Position numbers and translations under genes: made by a program
The notes under the pieces: generated by a model
Told to the model about the DNA's origin: nothing
What the model saw: only the letters and a program-made list of their open reading frames with translations
Database searches by the model: none
Source of the DNA: Malacoraja senta
Taxonomy: Eukaryota
DNA length: 64,000 bases
Assembly: GCA_038087875.1 (NCBI GenBank)
Contig: JAXLNO010000098.1
Coordinates: forward strand, 1 to 64,000
Reading direction: 5' to 3'
In this document: piece after piece, positions 38,703-50,390 of the stretch
Layout: every line of letters starts with the position of its first letter
Numbering within the stretch: position 1 is the first letter of the stretch

Positions 38703-40186
38703 TAGGCTGTGGGCCGAGGAGCTTTTTCGTTCAAGTTCGTGACCCAACTCACGGAACTACCTGAACTTTTAACATATTGTGTAAAAATATTATATAAATC
38801 ATACCTGAAACTCGTCAAGACCAAAACCTGCAATTTTTTTTTGAAATATGGGAAAATCTTCAAATTTTCCAAGTAGTAATTGTCCAATCAATGCACGTTT
38901 GACATTGAAGTCGGACGCAAATTGACTAATCCCGCACTTTGTTTTATGGTCGCTAGGCAGCGAGCACTCTGGGATCATGGCTGCCTCCTAATTACATCAA
39001 AACAATAACAAGGTTTCCAAGGAATAAAGGTAATGCTAACCTTGCTGATAATTTTGTTTTTCAATTGATTTATCTTTATACAGTTATGATGTGAACTGTT
39101 AAATATAAATGATAAATAACGAATGTAGAGCTAGGGTTTGGATTAGGGTCAGTTGGTCGGTCGGTCGACCTGTGAGTGCTGCGAAGGGTCGGTCGGGCTG
39201 TCGGTAGGCCGGTGAGTGCTGCGAAGGGTCGGTCAGGCAGTTGGCAGGTCGGTGAATGCTGTGAAGGGTCGGTTGGCCAGTTGGCAGGCCGGTGAATGCT
39301 GTGAAGGGTCAGTCAGGCTGTCGATAGGCCCGTGAGTGCTACGAAGGGTCGGTCGGGCTGTCGGTAGGCCGATGAGTGCTGCGAGGGATCGGTCGGGCTG
39401 TCGGCCGGCCGGTGTTGCAGCGAGCGTGCGGGCGGACTGATGGAGCCGGCGCTATGGGGGTGCTGTAGGCAGCCCGGGCGGCGTGCAGGGCAGTGCTGCT
39501 CCCCACCATCATCACCACAATGATCCCGAAGGGCATGCTGGCTGAGGTGGACTCGCTGCGGGGCCACACGTACGGAGCCCGCAGTCGGTCCCAAAGCGGC
39601 TCCAGCTCCAGCCATGGGCAGCTCTGGAAGGGGGGGAGAGTTAGGGTTAGGGTTAGGCATTTTCCTCTCAGTGGAAGATGCCGTAGCCTTCCCCAGCCTG
39701 GCACTGCCCCAGTCCCACTATGGCCGTGACGCCCACTCTGCACACTGGCAGTCAGTGGGGTTTAGTAAACGGGGGAACTGTCCTCACCCATTAATTAGGC
39801 TGGTTCAGGAGCCGGACCTCTGCGGCAGTCTCATTCAAAAAACTCACTCACAATTTTACATAATTATATATGATTACCGTCATATTCACAATATATATAA
39901 ATATATATTTATATATTATAATAATATATGGTCTAAATAGACTGCAACACGGAAATAGGCTCCCCATGGTGTAATATGGGCATTGGACACTAGATGGCAC
40001 TTACTTTTTTAATCTCATTTTCTAATTAGTTTAATTAATTAATGTCCAACTTTTGGCACTGACGAGTTATGACTTCCTTCTCAATTATATTTTATTTAAA
40101 TCTGTGCAAAATGTCATGTAGTTCCGAGAACATGGGTCACGAAAGTTGATTTCTAGACACATTTTTGATGCTCGGCCCACAGCCTA
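38703..40186. mobile_element. Non-autonomous TIR element with TAG..CTA termini (possibly Academ-like)
   Basis: Perfect 16-bp TIR TAGGCTGTGGGCCGAG / CTCGGCCCACAGCCTA, subterminal inverted match TCGTGACCCA..GGAACTAC, flanked by ATG on both sides. Confidence 0.75.
39169..39408. repeat. 40-bp minisatellite, 6 copies
   Basis: Unit CCGGTGAGTGCTGCGAAGGGTCGGTCGGGCTGTCGGTAGG. Confidence 0.9.
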
Positions 40187-40879
40187 ATGTGCAAGGAAAT
40201 CTACACAGCTATGGGGAGAATGCAAACTGCACACTGATAGCAAAAGGTGTCATTCAATCTCAGGTCCCTCGAACAATATGGTAGCAACAATACCCACAGC
40301 ACGACACAAAATGCCTTGATTTAAATTAAGAGAAAGACTATTCAATGTGGAAATGAGAAATGTCTATATTCCAAGGGAGGTGAATTTTTTTGGAATTCAT
40401 TACCTCTGGAGGACCATGGAATTGCAGTCACACTATACTCAAAATCAAGATAGATAGATCAGAGGAATAGAGGGCTATCTTTAAAAGGCAGGAGAGTGGG
40501 TTGATGATGTTATATACTATTGAATGGCCTACTCCTGCTCCTCATGTTCTTAATCAATCTGCAAATACAAATTCCAGCCCCTAGAGGAAGCAGCTTTTTG
40601 CAGCTCTGCTGTTAACCCCGAGGTTTATTAAACGTAATAGAAATGATAGAAATTATTTTAAAAAGAGCAGATGCTGGTAATTTGACTTGATGTTTTATCT
40701 CCATTCTGCTCCATAAACGTGGTCTGGCCTGACCTGACCTGCAAAGTCACAACAGCCTCCCTCCAGTTCAAATGAGAGTCCTTTCCATTTCAAACCTTGA
40801 GCAAAAAAAACCCTAAAGTGGTGGAACAATTAGCAGTAAAGACAGAAGAGGAGGGAATGGATAGGCGGAGCTTTGGGTC

Positions 40880-41520
40880 GCCGTGTTACTCGGTAACCTT
40901 GCTCTCAATGTCAGTGAAACCAAGGAACTGATTGTGGACTTTGAAGGAGGAAAGACGAGGATCCACAAAACTGTCTTCATCGACAGGTCGGTGGTGGAAA
41001 GACTCAAAAGCATCAAATTCCTGGGCATGCACAACTCTGAAGATCTGTCCCGCACCCAGCACATTGATGCAATTGATGGAAGTAGAGGCCCACCATGCTT
41101 CTACTTCTGGAGAATGTTGGGGAGTTCCAGTATGTCACTGAATACTCTCTTGAACTTCTACAGGTGGACAGTAGAGAGCATATTGACTGGTTGTATCACG
41201 GCTGCAAAAAGCGGTGAACACTGCCCAGTCTATCATGCGTACTGACCTCCCCACCATACCAGGCGATAGAACTTTATTTATCCCAGGAGGGAGATTGATC
41301 AAGGGATCTATAGGAGGCACACCCTCCAAAAAGGCAGCCAGCATCATCAAAGACCCACATGACCCTGGCCAGAGTCTGATTTCACTCCTGCCATCGGGAA
41401 GATGAAATATATAGGAGCTTGAAAACTGTAACATCCCAGTTCAGGTGCACCTTTCTCCCTGCAACTATCAGGCAATTAAATACTCTAAATAAGCACCAAA
41501 CTATAGACTTGGGGACATTG
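40880..41520 (+). mobile_element. Rex1/Babar-like LINE 3' fragment
   Basis: NLALNVSETKELIVDF, KFLGMH, FYRWTVESILTGCIT, KAASIIKDPHDP..LLPSGR. Confidence 0.8.
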
Positions 41521-41764
41521 TTTTTGCACTACAATTGTGTGTGTGCACATGTGAGTGTTTTACACACATATAGATAAATAAATATTTGTTGTTGCATATT
41601 ATGTGATTTACAGAGTACGCTGTTTACATAGTTGTTGCTTTATTGCATAAGGATTTAATTGTCCGGTTTCGGGACTTCTGGCAATTAAACACTTGACCAT
41701 TGACTCCAATACTTTGTATCTTATTTTTTCCAGACTGAGCCAACTATTCCCAAGTGTGAAGATG

Positions 41765-42570
41765 GACACAAAAAGCTTGAGTAACTCAGCAGGACAGGCA
41801 GCATCTCTGGTGACGTTTCGGGTCGAGATCCTTCTTCAGACTGGTCAGGGATAAGGGAAACGAGAGATATAGAGGATGATTTGGAGAAATAAAGAACAAT
41901 GAATAGCCATTGTTAGCTGTTTGTGGGTGAAAACGAGAAGCTAGTGCGACTTGGGTGTGGGAGGGATAGAGAGCGAGAGGGAATGCCAGGGCTACCTGAA
42001 GTGTGAGAAATCGATATTCACACCATTGAGCTGTAAGCAGCCCAAGCACTATATAAGATGCTGTTCCTCCAATTTGTGTTTAGCCTCAATCTGACAATGG
42101 AGGAGACCAAGGACAAAAAGGTCTGTGTAGGAATGGGAAGAAGAATTAAAGTGTCCAGCAACCTGGACATCAGGTAGGTACAGGCGGGCTGAGCAAATGT
42201 GTTCCGCGAAACGATCGCCCAGTCTACGGTTGGTCTCGCCAATGTACAAGAGTCCACATCCTGAACAACGGATACAGTAGATGTGGTTGGAGGAGGTGCA
42301 AGTGAACCTCTGCCTAACCTGAAAGGACTGTCAGGGTCCCTGGACAGAGTCGAGGGCGGAAGTATAGCAACAGGTGTTGCATCTTCTGCAGTTACAGGGG
42401 AAGGTTCCTGGGGAGGGGGTGGTTTGGGTGGGAAGGGATGAGTTAACCAGGATGTTGCGGAGGGAAACGGTCTCTGCAGAAGGCTGAAAGGGGTGGAGAT
42501 GGGAGCATGTGGCTAGTGGTGGGGTCCCGTTGGAGGTGGCGGTAATTTCGAAGGATTATGTGTTGTGATA
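41765..42570 (-). mobile_element. 5'-truncated Penelope-like element (GIY-YIG + terminus)
   Basis: YIGETNRRLGDRFAEH..VAGHFN..KLEEQHLI; terminus carries CTGAAGAAGGATCTCGACCCGAAACGTC on the minus strand. Confidence 0.85.
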
Positions 42571-42571
42571 A

Positions 42572-42775
42572 AAGTCCATGACTTCTGCATGGGTGCAGGA
42601 GTTAGCGCCGATGCAGTCATCAATGGATGAAGTCAATGAGTTCTGCATGGATGGAGGTAGCACCAATGCACTCATTAATGTTGGAAGTCCACGAGTTCTG
42701 CATGGGTGCAGAAGGTAGCACCGATGCAATCATCAATGGTTGAAGTCCATGAGTTCTGCATGGGTGCAGGAGGCA
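42572..42775 (-). repeat. ~55-58-bp tandem repeat (~3.5 copies) derived from the PLE RT catalytic segment
   Basis: Minus strand of the unit translates IDDCIGANSCTHAEVMD, compare YIDDCFGATSCTHTQLTD in the PLE at 1312..1713. Confidence 0.8.
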
Positions 42776-42959
42776 CTATTCCCATGTGTGGCTCCTCTCC
42801 ACCGCCCCACACTTTCTTCAGACTGATCCATACCCCACATAGATGTTGCCGGAATCTCGGAATTCCTCCAGCGATGTGTTGGTTTTTTTTGTTCTTTATA
42901 TCACAACTGCAGTGCTCCCTTTTTCAAAGGTTGAACTACACACACATCAGCTTCCTACC

Positions 42960-43550
42960 TGCGGCCCGACAACACCGCCATTTTGCGAGTCCTTATCACC
43001 ACATCCTTCTCCCTCCCTCCCTCCTACGCGGTGCCAACACGTCATGCCGTCCCCATCACGCGTGACGTCGGGTGTCTTGAGGGTGGCGATACGTGACGTC
43101 GGGTGTTTTGGGGCGGGGCGATGCGTTACGTCAGGCGCCCGGGGCGGGCAACGCCGTCTCGCGGTAACTACGTGCGCCCTCCCTCCCTCACTCCCTCACT
43201 CACTCACATCTTTGGCCCACAGGCTGATGCTGGGCCATTCAAGGTAGCGGCGTCAAGTGGCGGGTTGGTCGGCTTCTCGCTTCGCTCTTGAGCGGAGTGG
43301 CCAAACCGGTCGCTCGCTCGCTCTCGGCCTGAGATGGACAGCCGCAACGGGGATTTCAACATCCTGCTGGCCACCGACTCCTACAAGGTAGGGTGGCCGG
43401 GAACGGGGCGCTCGCTGCAGGTGTCGCTGAACTCTCACACCGTAGGCCGCGGTGCAGAGGTGAAAGCACCATCGGTCAGGCCAATCCTTCCTCAGCCGCC
43501 CCAAAGCTCTCGGGATCCGGAGGGTCTAGGCCACAGCTGCCCGCCCATCC
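42960..43550 (+). promoter_or_regulatory. NAMPT: CpG-island promoter of NAMPT
   Basis: CpG-dense stretch around the ATG; CRE-like TGACGTC x2 and TTACGTCA, GC box GGGGCGGGGC, TACGTG (HRE core) at ~43090 and 43169. Confidence 0.8.
43334..43387 (+). CDS. NAMPT: NAMPT exon 1 (coding part)
   Basis: MDSRNGDFNILLATDSYK followed by GTAGGG donor. Confidence 0.96.
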
Positions 43551-43873
43551 ATCTCTCCCTCCCTATCTCTCCCTCCCTATCTCTCCCTCCCTATCTCTCC
43601 CTCCCTATCTCTCCCTCCCTATCTCTCCCTCCCTATCTCTCCCTCCCTATCTCTCCCTCCCTATCTCTCCCTCCCTATCTCTCCCTCCCTATCTCTCCCT
43701 CCCTATCTCTCCCTCCCTATCTCTCCCTCCCTATCTCTCCCTCCCTATCTCTCCCTCCCTATCTCTCCCTCCCTATCTCTCCCTCCCTATCTCTCCCTCC
43801 CTATCTCTCCCTCCCTATCTCTCCCTCCCTATCTCTCTCTCCCTATCTCTCCCTCCCTATCTCTCCCTCCCTC

Positions 43874-43929
<56 letters not shown>

Positions 43930-43955
43930 CCTCCCTATCTCTCTCCCTCTCTCTG
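43551..43955. repeat. 14-bp minisatellite (ATCTCTCCCTCCCT)n grading into (CT)n
   Basis: About 20 or more near-identical units in NAMPT intron 1. Confidence 0.95.
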
Positions 43956-45134
43956 TCGCTGCCCCATCAAGTGGCGATGGGGCGACGACCACTATTACTC
44001 CATGCTGCCGCGATTCAATGAAACGCAGTAGGAAACAGATGGAGCCGGGGAATCAAAACCGAAAGCTCCAGATTACTGAATTACATGCGACTGAATCATG
44101 CAACTCACTTTCATAATGAATCTCATGCCAGAGGAAGAGGATTATTATATCATAGCATGTATTGAATTAGGGTCCCGACCAGAAATGTTTCCTGTTGATG
44201 TGGACTACGGTTTGCAATCTCTGGGTCAGCTGAACTTGAATGACACAAAACGAAAGTTATTCACTTATTTCGCTGAGTGAGGATATTCGGAATTTCGGTA
44301 ATGTGGTAAGAATGAAAATGTAGTATATAAAACAAAGTCAAACATTGCCACGGTTTAAAGATCGATTGAAAAGTTAAGAGTATTGATGGTTGTACCATTT
44401 ATTTTACCCCAATTCAGAAAGACGACGAGACCATTTAAAAAAGGGCAGTTTCCAATTCCTACGTGCCCAGTTGCTGGTACTCGACCCACATGGAAAAAAG
44501 TTGCCTAACCTTAAAATCCCGTAACTTGCCATGCGGAGGCAGTATTTCTGTTTTAGCACATTTTATTTAACATACAAAATATAAACGTTATGGGTGAACC
44601 CACATCAGTTTGAAATGCTTTTTATTTCAACCTATAGATGAAATGTTATGCCTTTCATTCATTCATAGCATGGGGATTATTAATTCACACATTTTTTAAA
44701 TTTTAAATCTGATTCTCACTACGTTATAATATTAAAGTGTAATGCATTTTTGTAAAATAGCTCAAATACCAATTTATTGTGTTTCCTCATCATTTGCTCA
44801 ATATAGATGCTCTCTAATCACTGTCACTTCTTTTTTGTGTGTAGGATTGGGTTGACAATTCAAACCCCTTTTGAGGGGAGTTAATATACCTTTGATTTAA
44901 TTTAAAGCACATTTGGTGTTGAAAAGGAAAATACATATTTTCTGACATGCTTAGCAAGTCTAATTTTCTGCTGGTATTTCTTGTCTCCAGTAGGGATTCA
45001 TCTAGCCACATCCAGAATGTTTAATTGCAGGCTTCTGAGTCAAGAAACTTAAATTTCATTGCTGGAATTTATTCACTGGAATAGATTGGTATGATTCTTT
45101 GTCCCACTCATTAGGGTACAGGCTTACAAGGTTT

Positions 45135-45337
45135 GTGTAAGGAGCTGCAGATGCTGGTTTAAACCAAACATAGACACAAAAAGCTGGAGTAACTCAGCAT
45201 GACAGGCAGCATCTCTGGAGAGAAGGAATGGATGATGTTTTGACCCTTCTTCAGACTTCTTCTGATGAAGGGTCTCGACCCGAAACGTCATCCATTCCTT
45301 CTCTCCAGAAATGTTGCTCTAGCTTTTTGTTTATCTT
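45135..45337. mobile_element. Fold-back Penelope-terminus mini-element with hammerhead-like core
   Basis: TSD AGGCTT(A/G)CAAGGTTT at 45120-45134 and 45338-45352; CTGATGA AGGGTCTCGACCC GAAACGTC at 45262-45289. Confidence 0.8.
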
Positions 45338-47333
45338 AGGCTTGCAAGGTTTATTGTTTACAATGTAGCATTTTTTGTAAGTAGTTTTACTCATTCCACC
45401 AGTGATTACCGCCTTTGATATAACCAGTTTCCTACATGTTTAATTCTGGTGTTAAATAAAAACATAGAACAATTCAGCAAAGGAACAGGCCACGTGGCAC
45501 AATATTTGTGGCGCACGTGATGCCAACTTAAAATAATATCTTCTGCTGGCACATGAACAATATTCATGTGCCTATCTAAAAGCTGCTTAAACGTCACGAT
45601 CATATCTGCCTCCACCACCAACCCTGGCCGTGCATTCCAGGCATCCACCACACTCTGTAAAAACATAAATGTCCACCTTAAACCTTAAGGGATCCATTAC
45701 TACCTTCTCCTTGATCTCAAAATGCCCTTGCATATTGGTATTCCCCACACTGATCTCACTCTCCCTCCACGTCCTTCTCTTTGGTAAACACCAATGGAAA
45801 GTTCTCATTTATAACCTCTTCTGTGTCCTCTGGGTGGTTCTGGCCTCTCCTTAGTTACCCTCTTATTTTTAATGTATGCATAAAAAGCCATGGGATTTTC
45901 TTTAATTCAGCTTGCCAGTGGCATTTCATGGCATCTTGTGGCATTCCTCAGTTCTTGTTTTTTTTTATATTCCTAAAAGGCCCTGTCTGATTTCAACTTC
46001 TTAAATCTTAGATATACTTCCTCCTTCATTCTGACCAAATTTATCATTACTTACGCCATCCAAGGTTCCCAGAGGCTGCGAATTGTCAATTGTTTGACAG
46101 TTTAATTACGAGGTTCATTCCACTTGATTTGATTTTCAACTCCTGCTCTGGGGAGGATATCTTTAAAAATATGTTTAAACTGTCACTAGCATTTCCCAAA
46201 TTGTTTATCATTGTATACTTACTTTTGGTAACATAGAGAGAATATACTGGGTATCCTTTGATCGCCAACTTAACCTGCTTATCTGATGCCAAACAGTGTT
46301 TGTGTGCAAATAACTGTTTAATCAAGCGGTTTAATGATCTGAGAAATATTCAACATTTTACTTACAAACCAACAGTTTAAATTGGAGCTCGCATGTATCT
46401 CTCTTCCCCCCCCCCCCCCTCCCCTGAGAATAAAGTTATGATTTATGAAAGCTATTAGTTTGATCCCTGGTCATGGATGTGGAGTGGTGGACATCCATCA
46501 TTCATATCCTCTAGCTCATTTTTGGAATACAGACCATTTTGAGCTAATAGTTCTTGGAAAGTGTGGAATCCATTCCAACTACTGATTTACAAGTCACCCG
46601 AGGACTCCAACTGAAGAATGGTCCCGTCCCAAAATCTACATTTAGAAAGCTACATTACAATTTCAACCAGTGAAATGTCTACGCAGCTGAGGAAAGTTAC
46701 CAATGTTTGTTCCCCTGGGACAGATGGCAAAAGCTTCAGATGGGGTTGAAGAAAGACACGCAATGCAGGTGTAACTCAGGTCAGGCTGCATCTCTGGAGA
46801 ACATGGATAGATTTCGGACAGGACCCTTCCTCAGTTGGAGTCCTCTGGTTAATGGTAAATCAGTAGTTGGAATGGATTCCACACTTCTCAAGAACTATTT
46901 TTGGCTGATATGTCACATTTGGAGTTGCCCATCACTCTACTTTGCATCTTCTAGATTGAGTGAAAAGCATCACATCTCCAGGGAGTGGGCCAGTGGCAGA
47001 AATTTTCAAAAGGGGGCAATTGTTTAAAGGTTCATCCTTTTTACGTTTGATATACTAAAGTAGCCAGTGCATAAATGATCTTTGGCAATCGTGTCTGACA
47101 TTTCCATCTGAAGAAAGATTGTGTAGTATGCTTCTGGTTCTGAGTCTTGCAAGGAAGTGCTAACGTTTGCTGTGGACATTTTTTCCCCAGCAAGTTTAGG
47201 GTTACTGTGGAGCCAACAGTGGAGTATAAATTTGCAGCAACTTCCTAGTATTCGAATGGATCTAGGGACAGAGAGTCCATTCATTTGACTGATGGGAACA
47301 ATTGCAAGGAAGGGATTTATTAATGGCCAAGTA

Positions 47334-48738
47334 TCTATACATAACTAAAACTTTGATCTTGTGCTCTTCCGGTTTGCAAGTACTTTCTATTTGAGCAAAA
47401 CGGTACGCGATAGCGCCACGATTTTTTCGCCAGGTTACTCACCGTTCTCCTCTGCTGCAAGTGCAACATGTTTAGTTCCGATCCGTGGTATATTGTAAAA
47501 GTTATTGAGGTTTAAAAATCTTTTAAAAACGCGTGTGCGCAGATTCCTTCAGTCAGCGCCTCGCAGATTGGTCTCTTCTGTCAGTCAGCGCCCCTTCCTG
47601 CCCCACCGGTGGCGGCCTGTCCCGCCTCACTCAGACTCCTCTCTTCTCTCCTCACAGTAACTTGTCTATCGTCTCCCCCACCACCGGCGGGGGGGGGGGG
47701 GGGGGGTTGGAGGGGTTCAGTGGAGGCCCTGGTCCCATCTCTCTCTCCCTCATCGCTCAGCCCTCTCCCCCGCCCTCACTCTGCGGCAATGGTGGTCCCG
47801 TCTACCCGCCCCCTCTGGTCAGTCGCCGTTGCGGTAACTCACCCTCACGGCCTTCTCGGAGGAGATATTCTCCACCAGCACATCGCAACACATGGTGCCC
47901 ACCGCGCCGAACACCGACTCCATTCCCCCCCCCCCCCCCGGCGGCGACAGCGAGCAGGTAGGCGGGTGGGCAGGGCGGGGACGGACTGAGCGGCAGCAGC
48001 GGACGATCAGACAGGACGGGGATGGGCCGAGCGACGGCTGAGCCAGAGTGGGCAGAGGGAGGAAGGGAGAGACTGGTTGCAAAGTGGCCGCGCAATTTGC
48101 GCGCAGTTTGAGACACCCACACGATCTAAACTACAGCTAACAATGAATGACCTGTGGAGGAAGGAACTACAGATGCTGCTTTTTATGGAGGGAGAGATTG
48201 AGGGTAGGGGGAAGGAGAGGTGAGGGAGGGAGGGGGAGAGGGCAAAGATCCTGGGGAGGTGAGAAGGGAGAGTAGGGGAGATTGATGGAGAGGACGGGGT
48301 AGGGAGGTAGGGGGAAAGTGCGGGAGGTGAGGAGAGTAGGGGAGGAGGGGAAATAGAGGAAGAGGAGGGCGGAGGTAGGGAGTGGGGAATAGAGGGAGAG
48401 GAGAGCAGTGGGGAAGGTCAGGAGGGATGGGGGGGGGGTGAGTGGGGGATGGAGGAATAGGAGGGTGGTAGGGAGGGATGAGGAGTTATGGAGGGAGTGA
48501 CTGAGGGTAGGGGAATGGAGAGGGAGGGAGGGAGAGGTGAGAAATAGATTGGGGAGGGAAGGAGGAGAGGGAAGGTGAAGAGGAGGGGGAGGGAGTGCTG
48601 GGGGATGAGGGGAAATGAGCCGTGTCTGCGCAGTTGGGGGCTATGCGTGAGTGGTGGAATATTGCGTTGAAGGGACGGGTTGCATTGGGGGCCAGGCCTC
48701 CCGTGTGACAGGGACCCAACAGGTCCCATTTAGTCTAG
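47334..48738 (+). mobile_element. Non-autonomous Helitron
   Basis: Inserted between A and T; 5' TCTATACATAACTAAAA; 3' hairpin GGGACC-CAACA-GGTCCC (48711-48727) then CTAG; no TSD. Confidence 0.82.
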
Positions 48739-50123
48739 TAGTTAAATATTTTCCAATCATTTCTGTCTCTTAATTTTATCATGCAAGGCCCAGCCACAGC
48801 ATGGGGCTTTGCTATTAAGGAGCTGGCAAGTTTAGAAATGCAAATCAATCGTGGTGGATCCTGAAATGGTAATATCACACATGCCGTGCAGGTCAATGAT
48901 GAGTTGGCAGCAATTTCTGACCTTTACATTTCACTCTGATCTCTGTACCTAACTTCAAGAAGCAACGTCAGAAAAAGCCATCGATTCTCTGCTATCCTCT
49001 AAAATCACATTATCCACTATTTCAGAGTGAGTGAAATTAAAACCTGTTATTTTAAATGTTTATACATCTCTCACTGCATTAATGCCACTGATCTGATTGA
49101 TTGTTTTGGGACCTACTGGATTTAAAAATACTTAAAACTGGCTGAGGCACAGATTAAGTCTCTAAACACTGCCAGTGATTGGTTCTTCCAAGATTATCAT
49201 TATTGTTCTTCCGAGCTGCTGGCTTGTAAGTTTATTTTTGCAATTTAGTGAATATCACCCATCTGTCGCCAGTTATTTGCTGGGCGACGGCATTAAACTG
49301 TTTTTTTAATTAATGGATCTGTTCAACATAATATACAATGCCAAACATTCCTCGTTAGATGAAATATTTCTGAACTATTGCGTTACAAATCACATTTTGT
49401 TGATCTTGCATATTATTCCAAAGAGATGTTTTTAAATAGTTATGGAAAGGAATGGGAGTTTTAGGACGAACTAATCAATTTGAGGGTAGTAGGCCGGGGT
49501 TTTCAGGGGGTGTTATTTGCAAGTAAAAGGTCGTCTGGTAAGTGCGAGGGTTTTAAATGTGATTTGATGAGGGTTCACAGCCAGCATATTCCTGTTAGAG
49601 TGAAGGTCAAGGCTGGCAGGAGTAGGGAGCCCCGGATGAGGGGATATACGGAAGCTCTGGTCAGGTAAAAGTAGGCATACATCAGCATTAGGCAACAGGA
49701 ACAATGAACCTCTTGAGGAATTGAGTTTTACTGAATCTCATTGGAGACCCTCGGACTATCTTTAATTGGACTTTACTGGACTTTATCTTGCACTAAAGAT
49801 TATTCCCTTTATCCTATATTTGTACACTTTGGATGGCTCGATTGTAATCATGTATAGTCTTTCCGCTGACTCGATAGCGCACAACAAAAGTTTTTTACTG
49901 TACCTCGGTACACATGACAATAAACTAAATTAAGCTAAAGTACTCCACCCTGCTTCCTGAAAGTGTTGACCAGCTCCTTTGTTTGCTAACATTGGGGGAT
50001 GGGTTGTGAACTTTGCTTCATTTTGTTTTTGGCATCTGTTATGTTGTAAATTTAATATGCAATATGAAATTGTATGGAGTGATAGCTCTGAATCCAAAGA
50101 TATTCTCAATAAGGGGGGAGTAG

Positions 50124-50390
<267 letters not shown>

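Noticed and set aside
39169..39408. Regular 40-bp repeats as a CRISPR array
   Set aside because: Head-to-tail units without unique spacers, in a vertebrate genome with no cas genes.
43334..44116. 260-aa ORF with SLSLPPYLSLPISP repeats
   Set aside because: Only the first 18 codons are NAMPT; the rest is read-through past the GT donor into the intronic minisatellite.
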